Of a DNA stretch of 64,000 bases, positions 51,966 through 61,596 are shown piece by piece. Every line of letters begins with the position of its first letter. The stretch's first letter is position 1. The position numbers were made by a program, and so were the translations under genes. The DNA comes from Candidatus Micrarchaeota archaeon (GTDB taxonomy: Archaea > Micrarchaeota > Micrarchaeia > Micrarchaeales > CABMGC01), in NCBI GenBank assembly GCA_028866835.1, contig JAGWHJ010000002.1:330-64329 (forward strand), read 5' to 3'. The notes below the pieces were generated by a model. It saw only the letters and a program-made list of their open reading frames with translations, did no database searches and was not told the origin of the DNA.

Positions 51966-54800
51966 ATGCGTATATTAACCATGCCAGCGGATTCAGGACT
52001 GGACCTAGGCGACAGGGTACTGAAGAGCTTCAGGCTTTCCAGCGGCAAGGAGGTCTTCTACTACTCACTTCCGTCGCTGAAGGAGCAAGGCTTCAACAAG
52101 ATAGACCGGCTCCCCTTTTCCATACGCGTGGTTCTGGAATCATTGCTGCGGAACCTTGATGGGAAGGAGGTCAAGTACGAAGACATAATCGCCCTTGCAG
52201 ACTGGGACGCAAAATCCCCTCTGGATGTGGACATACCATTCAAGGTATCTAGGATCCTCATGCAGGACTTCACGGGAGTTCCTGCGATTGTAGATCTAGC
52301 GGCCATGCGCGAATACATGGTCAAGGAGGGCTGCGCGCCGGATTCGATACAGCCGATAATAAACGTCGACCTTATAATAGACCATTCCGTGCAGGTGGAC
52401 GAGTTCAATGATCCTGGCGCCGTTGCATTCAACCAGGAGCGCGAGATAGAGAGGAACAGCGAGCGCTACAAACTCCTTAAATGGTCGCATCATGCTTTTG
52501 AGGGTTTCAGGGTCTATCCTCCCTCCGCAGGCATCTGCCACCAGGTGAACCTGGAATACCTCTCAAAGTGCGTCGTCACAAAGAAGAAGGATGGAAGGCT
52601 GGTCGCAATGCCTGACACCCTTGTAGGGACCGACTCGCACACGACGATGGTCGACGCACTCGGCATAGTGGGGTTCGGCGTAGGCGGCATAGAGGCCGAG
52701 GCAGCGCTTCTGGGCCAGGCGGTATCCTTCACTACGCCAAAGGTCGTCGGCGTTCACCTGAAGGGCAGGCTCAGGGAAGGCGTCACCGCGACGGACTTCG
52801 CCCTCACACTGACGAAAAGGCTGAGGGACAAAGAGGTGGTTAACATGTTCGTGGAGTTCTTCGGCGACGGCTTATCCGCCCTCTCCCTTCCCGACAGGGC
52901 CACGCTTTCGAACATGTGCCCCGAATACGGCGCTACGATAGCGCTGTTCCACATCGATGACGTAACCTTGGATTACCTCAAGGCTACCGGAAGGACCGAC
53001 GAAGAGATAGAGCTTGTGAAGAGGTACTACTCGGAGCAGGGCATGCTCGGCCTGGACCACAAGCAGATAATGTACAGCGATGTCATGGAAGTCGACCTGG
53101 GCAGCATCGTGCCTAGCGTCTCGGGCCCGTCCCTGCCAAAACAGCAGCTTTCACTAGGGGCAGTGAAGGGCAATTTCACCAACACCTTCCTTGTAAGGGA
53201 GGCGGAGGCCATGCCCGAAGAGCACAGGCTCACCACAAAGGACTATACAAGATGGTCCTCGGAAAGCCTCGCTGCTGAGAACGGCAGGATAAAGAATGCG
53301 CCGAGGCACAAGGAGGTGAAGTCCGTGCAGATAAAATACGATGACGGCTACGAGGCCACCCTTTCCGACGGCGACGTGGTGATATCCTCTATAACCAGCT
53401 GCACGAACACCAGCAATCCGTCAGTCATGATAGCGGCAGGGCTGCTTGCAAAGCGCGCAGTAGAGCTGGGGCTCAAGGTCAATACCCGGAAGGTAAAGAC
53501 AAGCATGGGGCCTGGCTCGAGGGTCGTAACCTTGTACCTGGAGAAGGCAGGGCTTATCGAGCCCCTGGAAAAGCTGGGCTACGGCCTGGTTGGCTACGGG
53601 TGCATAACCTGCATAGGCAACAGCGGAAACCTGATCGAGAAGCAGAGCGATGCGATAAACAGGGAGAACCTGGCCGTAGCGGCGGTGCTGTCCGGGAACA
53701 GGAACTACCCGGCAAGGATACACCGCGACGTGCGCGCGAACTACCTAATGTCCCCCCCGCTGCTGATATCCTATGCCATAGCCGGCACAATGCTCAGGGA
53801 CCTGACCAAGGAGCCGTTGGGCAAGGGCAGCAACGGCAAGGACGTTTACCTCCGCGACATATGGCCGTCGGAGAAGGAGATCAACAAGGTGATAGCTAAG
53901 GTAGTCAGGCAAAGCCTGTTCAAGAAGGAGTACGGCAAGAAGATCTTCAAGGTCAACCCCTACTGGAACAAGCTGAGGAGCACCACGGAAAAGATGTACG
54001 ACTGGGACAAGAGCAGCACCTACATACAGCATCCGCCCTTCTTCCATGAATTCAACCACAGGGAGAAGCACAAGGCGAAGGAGATACGCGGAGCGCGCGT
54101 GCTTGCGGTCTTCGGCGATTCCGTCTCAACCGACCACATCTCGCCTGCAGGTTCCATAAGCAGCGACAGCCCGGCAGGGAGGTACCTCATGGAGCTTGGC
54201 GTAAAGCCCGAAGACTTCAACACCTACGGATCAAGGAGGGGCAACCACCACGTCATGGTAAGGGGCACCTTTGCGAACAGCAGGATCAACAACCTCATGA
54301 TACCAGGGATCGACGGAGGTCTCACCTTCCATTTCCCGAGCGGCGAAAAGATGGCGATATTCCACGCGGCGATGAAATACCGGGAGGAGAAGGTGCCGCT
54401 TGTCGTTATAGCAGGCAAGGAGTACGGCTCCGGGAGCTCGAGGGACTGGGCTGCGAAGGGGCCTGCTTTGCTAGGCGTCAAGGCGATAATAGCGGAGAGT
54501 TTCGAGCGCATACACCGCAGCAATCTCGTGGGCATGGGCATAATGCCCCTGCAGTTCAAGGGCGGCGAGAACGCAACCACGCTAAAGATCGATTACTCGA
54601 AGCCCATCTCGATAATCATCAAGGAGGACACTAAGCCCCGCAGCGACATCGAGTTTATCTATTACAAGACAGGGTCGAGCAAGGAATCAAAGACGTACGT
54701 CACTTGCAGGCTTGACACGGAGCTGGAGGTGGAGTACTACAAGGTCGGCGGCGTGCTAACGTACGTTCTTAAGAAGATGGCTGGTAAAAATGCGGGCTAA
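51966..54800 (+). CDS. acnA: aconitate hydratase
   Basis: VGTDSHTTM, SCTNTSNP, CITCIGNSG and a swivel domain. Alternative start at Met 51981. Confidence 0.95.
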   Translation: MRILTMPADSGLDLGDRVLKSFRLSSGKEVFYYSLPSLKEQGFNKIDRLPFSIRVVLESLLRNLDGKEVKYEDIIALADWDAKSPLDVDIPFKVSRILMQDFTGVPAIVDLAAMREYMVKEGCAPDSIQPIINVDLIIDHSVQVDEFNDPGAVAFNQEREIERNSERYKLLKWSHHAFEGFRVYPPSAGICHQVNLEYLSKCVVTKKKDGRLVAMPDTLVGTDSHTTMVDALGIVGFGVGGIEAEAALLGQAVSFTTPKVVGVHLKGRLREGVTATDFALTLTKRLRDKEVVNMFVEFFGDGLSALSLPDRATLSNMCPEYGATIALFHIDDVTLDYLKATGRTDEEIELVKRYYSEQGMLGLDHKQIMYSDVMEVDLGSIVPSVSGPSLPKQQLSLGAVKGNFTNTFLVREAEAMPEEHRLTTKDYTRWSSESLAAENGRIKNAPRHKEVKSVQIKYDDGYEATLSDGDVVISSITSCTNTSNPSVMIAAGLLAKRAVELGLKVNTRKVKTSMGPGSRVVTLYLEKAGLIEPLEKLGYGLVGYGCITCIGNSGNLIEKQSDAINRENLAVAAVLSGNRNYPARIHRDVRANYLMSPPLLISYAIAGTMLRDLTKEPLGKGSNGKDVYLRDIWPSEKEINKVIAKVVRQSLFKKEYGKKIFKVNPYWNKLRSTTEKMYDWDKSSTYIQHPPFFHEFNHREKHKAKEIRGARVLAVFGDSVSTDHISPAGSISSDSPAGRYLMELGVKPEDFNTYGSRRGNHHVMVRGTFANSRINNLMIPGIDGGLTFHFPSGEKMAIFHAAMKYREEKVPLVVIAGKEYGSGSSRDWAAKGPALLGVKAIIAESFERIHRSNLVGMGIMPLQFKGGENATTLKIDYSKPISIIIKEDTKPRSDIEFIYYKTGSSKESKTYVTCRLDTELEVEYYKVGGVLTYVLKKMAGKNAG

Positions 54801-55827
54801 AAAGGGCAGGAGGTGGAAAGTAGCCGTACTCATGGGCGACGGCATAGGCCCGGAAGTTGTAGAGGCCTCCCTGGATGTGCTGGAGAGCGCAAAGGCGCGC
54901 TTCGGGATAGGTCTTGACTTGCAGTACGCTGATGCGGGATACTCGTGCATAGAAAAGTACGGCACAAATCTACCCGAGGATACCATAAGACTTCTGAAGA
55001 AGACAGATTGCGTCATCAAAGGGCCGATGACCACTCCGGAGGGCCCGACATCTGAGATGAGCGCGGCGGTGAAGATACGCCGCATGTTTAAGCTTTACGC
55101 CGATGTGAGGCCGTGCAAGGCCAGGCCCAACATACCATCAATAGGCAAGGATACCGACCTGGTCATAGTGAGGGAGAATTCCGAGGGGATGTATTCGGGG
55201 CTGGATTTCAACCTCTCACCTGATCTCGCGGTTGGCATAAGGGTGGTGACCAAAAGCGCCACCGAGAGGATAGGCAGGTTCGCGTTCGAGCTGGCTCAAA
55301 AGCGCAGGAAGCACCTTACAATAGTCCACAAGGGCAACATACTGAAGGCGTCAGACGGCCTTTTCAAGGCAACGATAGAATCCCTGCACAAGAGATATCC
55401 CCGTGTCAGGCTCGACGACGCCCATGTTGATGCAATGTCGCAGTGGCTCATCAAGAAGCCGCAGGATTACGACGTCCTGGTCATGGAGAACCTTTTCGGA
55501 GACATACTCTCCGATGAGGCGGCGATGGTCGTCGGCGGCGTCGGGGTGGTGCCATCGGCCAACATCGGCAGCGACTTCGCTATGTTCGAGCCTGTGCACG
55601 GCTCCGCGCCGAAGTATGCGGGCATGGACAAGGCCGACCCCATCGGCACCATACTCTCGGTGAAGATGATGCTCGAATGGATGGGGCACGGTTCGGCGGC
55701 GAATGCCATCGAGAATGCGGTATCGAAGTCCCTTTCGACGAAGTTCAGGACGTACGACCTTGGCGGCAGCAGCAAGTGCTCTGAAGTGGGGAAATACATA
55801 TCGGGCCTTGTCAGCAGGGCGGACTAG
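54790..55827 (+). CDS. isocitrate/isopropylmalate dehydrogenase-family enzyme
   Basis: VAVLMGDGIGPEV, NLFGDILSDEAA. Overlaps the aconitase end by 11 nt. Confidence 0.85.
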   Translation: MRAKKGRRWKVAVLMGDGIGPEVVEASLDVLESAKARFGIGLDLQYADAGYSCIEKYGTNLPEDTIRLLKKTDCVIKGPMTTPEGPTSEMSAAVKIRRMFKLYADVRPCKARPNIPSIGKDTDLVIVRENSEGMYSGLDFNLSPDLAVGIRVVTKSATERIGRFAFELAQKRRKHLTIVHKGNILKASDGLFKATIESLHKRYPRVRLDDAHVDAMSQWLIKKPQDYDVLVMENLFGDILSDEAAMVVGGVGVVPSANIGSDFAMFEPVHGSAPKYAGMDKADPIGTILSVKMMLEWMGHGSAANAIENAVSKSLSTKFRTYDLGGSSKCSEVGKYISGLVSRAD

Positions 55828-56699
55828 AGCGTCCTGAGCCATCGTCCTATATCACGGCCAAGCTCTTCCTTGCCCACCGAAAAGAAGTGGTCTGCGCCTT
55901 CTATGACGGACGACGAGAACCTGGCCGAATTGCTCTTCTCCTCAAGTATTCGGAGGCACGTTCTCACATCCATCGGCACGTACTGCTCTTTGAGGCCGAA
56001 TGCCGCATATACCGGTACCTTGATCCTGCCGAATTCCTCCAACCTGCCCTTGTAATTAAGGATCCTGGCCTCAACACGGCTCAGATTTATTATGGAATCG
56101 AGCCTCTGCGCAGAGAACTCGCTGCCTGAACCGGGCACCTGCATCTCTCCTCTCCCAGATCTGACCATGTTCCTGCAGCGTCTTGCAATCGCATCAAACT
56201 TTCCGCCCAATTCTGATTTCAGCATGTTATAATCGTCTGCCGGGCCTATCATGGCAATCCCTATTACACGCCTGTCCTTCGTCCTGTCCTTGTAGTATAT
56301 CGCCTTCTGGCAGCCGGTGCTGTGGCCGCAGATCACGAATCTCTTGTAGCCGAGCCCTGCAAGCGCTCCTACGGCCGCATCTATGTCAAGCCACGAATCC
56401 TCGAAAACCTCGTAATCTGTGCCGCCTCTCAGGTTCTCCCTCTTCCCATTGACATACCTGGAGAGGCTGGCGGAATTGTCATGGCCGCGAGTGTCTATGG
56501 TGAACAGCGCGAACCCGGCGGCATTTGCATATCGGTAGATCGCGAATGGGATTGAGGTCAGGAAACTGCTGCCCATCCCGTGCACGTATATCATGCACGC
56601 GTCTGTTGTGCGGCTGCCGATAAGAAACCCGTGCAGCTTTATCTTGTCCCTGGTCAGGAATTGGATTAGATGACCGGGGAACTTTCCAGCTAGATCCAT
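55824..56699 (-). CDS. alpha/beta-fold hydrolase
   Basis: Nucleophile elbow GHSTG; HG oxyanion motif in VHGMGSS. Confidence 0.75.
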   Translation of the reverse strand: MDLAGKFPGHLIQFLTRDKIKLHGFLIGSRTTDACMIYVHGMGSSFLTSIPFAIYRYANAAGFALFTIDTRGHDNSASLSRYVNGKRENLRGGTDYEVFEDSWLDIDAAVGALAGLGYKRFVICGHSTGCQKAIYYKDRTKDRRVIGIAMIGPADDYNMLKSELGGKFDAIARRCRNMVRSGRGEMQVPGSGSEFSAQRLDSIINLSRVEARILNYKGRLEEFGRIKVPVYAAFGLKEQYVPMDVRTCLRILEEKSNSARFSSSVIEGADHFFSVGKEELGRDIGRWLRTL

Positions 56700-56767
56700 C
56701 AGACCAACTTGGAATGTTATTAAATGTGAATTTATTAATATCTGACTAATAATCTACATCTATCTTT

Positions 56768-56842
56768 GGGCCTGTAACTCAGCTTGGCTAGAGTGGCTGG
56801 CTTTTAACCAGCAAGTCGCGGGTTCAAATCCCGTCGGGCCCG
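56768..56842 (+). tRNA. tRNA-Lys(TTT): tRNA-Lys (anticodon TTT), no encoded CCA
   Basis: Folded by hand: acceptor GGGCCTG/CGGGCCC, anticodon arm GCTGG-CTTTTAA-CCAGC, T arm GCGGG-TTCAAAT-CCCGT, discriminator G. Confidence 0.9.
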
Positions 56843-56932
56843 CCTATTTATCTGCCGGTACAAGGTTCGTGGTTTGCATAAGTTTATAATATCTAACACT
56901 AACACTATCTATACTAGCAGAAGGCGCTTATA

Positions 56933-58378
56933 TTGGTCAGCGGAAACAAAGGGCAGGGGCGCAGCCGCGAAACGTTTCTTTCCTACATGAATAGGTTTGT
57001 TTCCGGGCAATTTTTCATAAAAGAGGTGCCTTCATATGCCAACAGCTTCTGGTACTCTCTGGGCTTCCTGAATATGACCTGCTTTGCAGTTCTGCTGCTA
57101 ACCGGTCTTGTACTGGTCGCGTTCGGCCCCGTTTGGTGGAACGCAGCCCCAATGGGCGTATTCATCCGCAGCGTGCACTTATGGGCAGCTAACGCATTTC
57201 TCCTATTCCTCTGCCTGCATGCTTTCGTGGCATTCTCAACATCGGGGTTCAGGAAGCCGAGAAGACTGCTCTGGTTTATTGGCACGATAATGTTTTTCAT
57301 GATTGCAATCCAGGTGGAGTTTGGCTTTGGCCTGAGAACTGATTTCGGGGCACAGTACAGACTTCTTTCGGCTGCAGATTTTTGGAATGGCAACCTGCTC
57401 GGCAACTTCCTTAACGTACTTGATTACGGTCAACTTTATGGGATACATGTCGCCTTAATACCGATGCTCCTCATAGCGCTTATTATCGTCCACTATTCAT
57501 TAGTAAAGATGCACGGCTTATCGACGCCTTACAGGAAGGATATCCCATATCACATGGTAAAGGCCGACCACAAGATGCTTTTCGTGCGCGGCATAGCTGC
57601 AGTTTTGGTCATAGTCTTTATGGCGCTCGAATTTCCCTCCCCATTCATCCCCCCTGTAACTATACAAAGCCTTGCCACTACGAACAGCTCCATGATTGCC
57701 ACTACCCTAATAAACGAGCTTAATCGTTCGTCAGGCACGGCAACTTATTTTGATGGCATAGACCCATACCAATTCAATACCAGCAACGTCTATGTGATCG
57801 GCCCATACAACCAGTACACCGGAAACCGCAGCGGCAACAACATGGCAGCCGTATTCCTAAGCAAGGACGCAACAGCGCAGGCAAACGACATATCCGGCGC
57901 CATGGCCTATTTCACGGACAACGGTACGATAAATACCAATCCTAACATTAGCAATCCAGTCATACCAATGGTAAGCTCCCTGGTTCTAATGGCGCAAAGC
58001 GGCCTTTATCAGGATGCCCTAATGAACGGCGCTTCCCAATATGGCAATCAGACCCGTGTGCTGAGATTCCTTTCCGATACCGGATACATAAGCCAGCATG
58101 CCGGCCAGCTCGGAATAAACCTCCAGCAGTACGGTATGGTATTTGATGAGAATCACCTGCCGACATCGTGGTTGCTGTCCCCAGTAAATTTCATAGACAA
58201 TACCGTCCTTGCAAACGATTCAAACCAGGACAGGGACAACGGCTTATTCCTGAGTATACTATTCCTAATAATGATCGCTGTGCCTGTCACTCCTTTGTTA
58301 AATGAGTTGCCAGACAGAATTGGCTTATACAAGCTCTTCTGGCGTTCTAAAAAGCAGGAACATAAGCAAAGATCCTAG
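56933..58378 (+). CDS. cytochrome b (b6-like 4-helix core) fused to a ~260-aa C-terminal region
   Basis: His pairs SVHLWAANAFLLFLCLH (H-x13-H) and IHVALIPMLLIALIIVH (H-x14-H). TTG 56933 or ATG 56987 start. Confidence 0.7.
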   Translation: MVSGNKGQGRSRETFLSYMNRFVSGQFFIKEVPSYANSFWYSLGFLNMTCFAVLLLTGLVLVAFGPVWWNAAPMGVFIRSVHLWAANAFLLFLCLHAFVAFSTSGFRKPRRLLWFIGTIMFFMIAIQVEFGFGLRTDFGAQYRLLSAADFWNGNLLGNFLNVLDYGQLYGIHVALIPMLLIALIIVHYSLVKMHGLSTPYRKDIPYHMVKADHKMLFVRGIAAVLVIVFMALEFPSPFIPPVTIQSLATTNSSMIATTLINELNRSSGTATYFDGIDPYQFNTSNVYVIGPYNQYTGNRSGNNMAAVFLSKDATAQANDISGAMAYFTDNGTINTNPNISNPVIPMVSSLVLMAQSGLYQDALMNGASQYGNQTRVLRFLSDTGYISQHAGQLGINLQQYGMVFDENHLPTSWLLSPVNFIDNTVLANDSNQDRDNGLFLSILFLIMIAVPVTPLLNELPDRIGLYKLFWRSKKQEHKQRS

Positions 58379-58438
58379 CAGCGCAAGAGTGTCACGGCAC
58401 AGGCATGGTTTATAATACTAAAGAAATAGGTATTCTTC

Positions 58439-59986
58439 ATGGTTTCCGATGAGAAAGAGCGCCTCAAAAACAAGCACTGGACGGAGATACTGGCAGACAA
58501 GGTGCAGTCAGAGAAGAAGGCGCCCTACGTTATAACCGGCGGCATGACTACCAGCGGCCCTGCGCATCTCGGCACCGTTTGTGAATTCCTTTATCCTGCA
58601 GTTCTTAAGCAGGTGCTTGAAGGCAGGGGAGTTGCTGTTGAAATGCACTTCGTTGGAGACATCCTTGACGCATTCGACGGCATACCATATGAGATGCTCA
58701 AGTACTCAAAGGAGCTGACGCCGGAGCTCGGCAAGCCGCTCTGCAATACTGTCGACCCACTAGGCTGCCATAAGTCGTTCGGCGAGCATTACCTCGACCA
58801 GGCCGTGCGCCTGATGGCCAAGCTCTCGCTCAAGATCGATGTCATAAAGGCAAACGACCTTTATTCAAGCGGGAGGATGGACAAGTATGCGCTCATCTTC
58901 CTGGAGAATGAGGGGCAGGTAAAGGAGGTAATTGCGCGTACCTCGATGAAGAAGATAGAGGAGCTCAAGGACTGGAGCCCCATAATGCCGATATGCGAGA
59001 AGTGCGGCAAGATAGCAACCACAATGGTGACCCAGCATGATAAAGACAGCTACAAGTATGTGTGCAACAGGGATGTCGAGTACACCAAGGGCTGCGGATA
59101 CCAGGGCAGCGCGAGCATAAAGGACCATAAATACAAGCTGCAGTGGCGGCTTCACTGGCCAGCCTGGCAGGCGCTGTTCAATTCAAGCGTCGAGGGCAGC
59201 GGCATAGACCACATGACAAAGGGAGGCAGCGCAACAACCGCGTACGCGATACACAAGGAGGTGCTGAAGCGTGACCCCCCTATCTTCTTCAAATACGGAT
59301 TCGTCCTTATACACGGCAAGAAGTACTCTAAATCAAAGGGGATAGGTATGAGTGCGATGGATCTTTCGGAGCTGATCCCTCCTGAGATACTGAAGTACTG
59401 CCTCATAGAGCCGAATCTCGAGCAGAACAAGGACATAGACCCGACGGGGGACAAGCTCATACTCATATACAACGACGTCGAGAGGATAAGCGCGCTCGCG
59501 AAGCCTGAGAACAGGGCCGACGAGAAGAAGCTGCTCGCATTCAATGTATCAATAAAGGAGCTTCCGTGGAAGGCATCATTCGTCGACATGCTGCTGAATT
59601 ACCAGATATACAAGGACTGGGACAAAGTTGCATCAATGCTTGGCGACAAGTCCGGAGTTGCATACCTGTCCGGATACATAGATAAGTGGCTACAGAAGGG
59701 ATACGAGCCCGAGCGCTACAACTTCTCGGTAAGGCAGACCAAGATAACCGATCTCAACGATGTCGTCAGGGCATTTGCAGGGAGCATAAAGCCAGGGATG
59801 AGCGACCTTCAGCTGCACAACCTGGTTTATGATGTGGCGAAGGAGAATGGCGTAGGGTCGGAGGACCTTTTCAAGGCCGTGTACACCGCCATAATAGGCA
59901 AGGACAACGGCCCGCGTCTTGGCAAGCTGCTGGCATCGCTGGGCGTCGAGAAGACGAAGGAGATGCTTGATTTTGCGACTACATAA
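58439..59986 (+). CDS. lysK: class I lysine--tRNA ligase
   Basis: TSGPAHLGTVCEF (HIGH-type), KYSKSKG (KMSKS-type), zinc-binding CEKCG. Confidence 0.9.
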   Translation: MVSDEKERLKNKHWTEILADKVQSEKKAPYVITGGMTTSGPAHLGTVCEFLYPAVLKQVLEGRGVAVEMHFVGDILDAFDGIPYEMLKYSKELTPELGKPLCNTVDPLGCHKSFGEHYLDQAVRLMAKLSLKIDVIKANDLYSSGRMDKYALIFLENEGQVKEVIARTSMKKIEELKDWSPIMPICEKCGKIATTMVTQHDKDSYKYVCNRDVEYTKGCGYQGSASIKDHKYKLQWRLHWPAWQALFNSSVEGSGIDHMTKGGSATTAYAIHKEVLKRDPPIFFKYGFVLIHGKKYSKSKGIGMSAMDLSELIPPEILKYCLIEPNLEQNKDIDPTGDKLILIYNDVERISALAKPENRADEKKLLAFNVSIKELPWKASFVDMLLNYQIYKDWDKVASMLGDKSGVAYLSGYIDKWLQKGYEPERYNFSVRQTKITDLNDVVRAFAGSIKPGMSDLQLHNLVYDVAKENGVGSEDLFKAVYTAIIGKDNGPRLGKLLASLGVEKTKEMLDFATT

Positions 59987-60039
59987 TCCCTTGATGCAGA
60001 TTCAGAATGTTTATAATATCACTGGGTAATAACCTAATC

Positions 60040-60609
60040 ATGAGCGATCCAGTCGCTGATTATACGTCCCAATTTCAAAACAAAATATCAAAACGCGAAG
60101 CTGAGTTGCGGCAGATCACCGGCCAAATGCTGATGGATAAAAACGCCGAGACCGCCATCGCAAAGAAGATGATACGCGAGATGCTGTACATAACGCTAGC
60201 CACGTCAGACAAAAAGGCCATCCCATGGAACACACCGGTCTTCTATGCCTGCGACCGGGACTACAATTTTTACTGGATCTCATCGCAGGTCTGCGTGCAC
60301 TCGGTAAATATCGAGGAGAACGAGAATGTCGCATTGGTCATCTATGATTCAAGGGTTCCCGAGGGGAAGGGCGTCGGCGTTTACATCAAGGCCAAGGCAA
60401 GGCTTGTCACCGACAACGTCGAGATAGCCAAGGCGATAACTCTTCTTTATCGGAAGAAAGGCAAGCCCGCTCCACGGCTGAGCGAATTCAACGAGGGTGC
60501 GCCAAGGCGGGTCTATGTGGCTACTCCTGTAACCGTCTGGGTGAACGACCTGAAGGCGAAGGGAGGCGAGGAATTTAGGTACCTGAGGCTGGAGATACAG
60601 CTCAAATAA
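60040..60609 (+). CDS. pyridoxamine 5'-phosphate oxidase-family (FMN-binding split barrel) protein
   Basis: MLYITLATSDKKAIPWNTPVFYA...ALVIYDS. TTTATAATA at 60010-60018 sits about 25 nt before ATG 60040. Confidence 0.65.
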   Translation: MSDPVADYTSQFQNKISKREAELRQITGQMLMDKNAETAIAKKMIREMLYITLATSDKKAIPWNTPVFYACDRDYNFYWISSQVCVHSVNIEENENVALVIYDSRVPEGKGVGVYIKAKARLVTDNVEIAKAITLLYRKKGKPAPRLSEFNEGAPRRVYVATPVTVWVNDLKAKGGEEFRYLRLEIQLK

Positions 60610-60647
60610 GTATTCGCCAGGGTTGGGATTTCCATAAGCTTCTGATT

Positions 60648-60705
60648 AAAATCCAAAAGTTTATTTTGAACCCAAAAGACTCGCGAGAGTCATGCGCTTT
60701 CAAGG
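60648..60705 (+). repeat. internally deleted copy (R9) of the tRNA-Asn-linked repeat family
   Basis: AAAATCCAAAAGTTTATTTTGAAC...ATGCGCTTTCAAGG keeps the A-rich 5' module and the extreme 3' module but lacks the hairpin core. Confidence 0.45.
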
Positions 60706-60798
60706 AAAATTTCCAGGCGCACGCGTTACCGGATTCTGCCACCCTGGCAATGATTAATGATTGGAACGTCAGGTATTAAAAGTGTCTGATAAAATTCT

Positions 60799-61518
60799 CT
60801 ATAGACCCAGGAGTGACGCAGCATTTTTATAAAGTATCTTTTCCATGTCTTCGTAGGTTATATCGCACCTTCTTATCTTGAGCAACTCCAGTTCCTGGTT
60901 AGAGTAAGGAATATCCGAGCCAAAAAGAATCTTGTCCGGGCCCACGATCTCCAAAGTCCTTTTCAGATGTAGCGGATGCGTGCATCTAATCGAAGTCTCC
61001 AAATACAGATTATCTAATTTGCCTACCCTGGCAATTGCATCTGGAGATCCATGTGCGAAATGGCCTAGTATTATCTTCAGGTTCGGGAATACGTCTCCAA
61101 GCATCGATATTCTGTCTGGATCTGCGGTTGGGAACCTTTGGTCTGCCTTTGTGTGTACGAGCAGTGGCTTTTTGCTCTTAGCTATAATCTCGTAGAGCGG
61201 ATAGAAATCATTGTCCATAACATCAAAATCCTGCGATTGTGGATGAAGCTTTACCCCTCTAAATCTGGAGATGTGTTTTCTTAACATTTCCGGAGTTGTG
61301 GACTTTGGGTCAAACCTAAGAAAGGGCACCAATCTTGGGTTCTTCGCTTCAAGCAGCTTAAGGCTTGCTCCTATGAGGTCGCCGTCCTTCTCGTTCAGCG
61401 GAAATACTACTGCTTTGTCGACGTAATTAAAATCCATTGTTGCAAGGAGTTCCTGTATCGTATGTGACATGCCATCCTTGTCGAAGCCTACGTGTGTATG
61501 AAAATCCAGCATCATCAT
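60799..61518 (-). CDS. amidohydrolase-2-family metal-dependent hydrolase (TIM barrel)
   Basis: MLDFHTHVG; KLHP; ILGHFAHG; FGSDIPY. Confidence 0.75.
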   Translation of the reverse strand: MMMLDFHTHVGFDKDGMSHTIQELLATMDFNYVDKAVVFPLNEKDGDLIGASLKLLEAKNPRLVPFLRFDPKSTTPEMLRKHISRFRGVKLHPQSQDFDVMDNDFYPLYEIIAKSKKPLLVHTKADQRFPTADPDRISMLGDVFPNLKIILGHFAHGSPDAIARVGKLDNLYLETSIRCTHPLHLKRTLEIVGPDKILFGSDIPYSNQELELLKIRRCDITYEDMEKILYKNAASLLGL

Positions 61519-61596
61519 TGCCTACACCATACATTACGCAAATTGTCTCTGATATACTGATAAGCTAACCGCGCCACAAGCATATATTAGTTTGGC

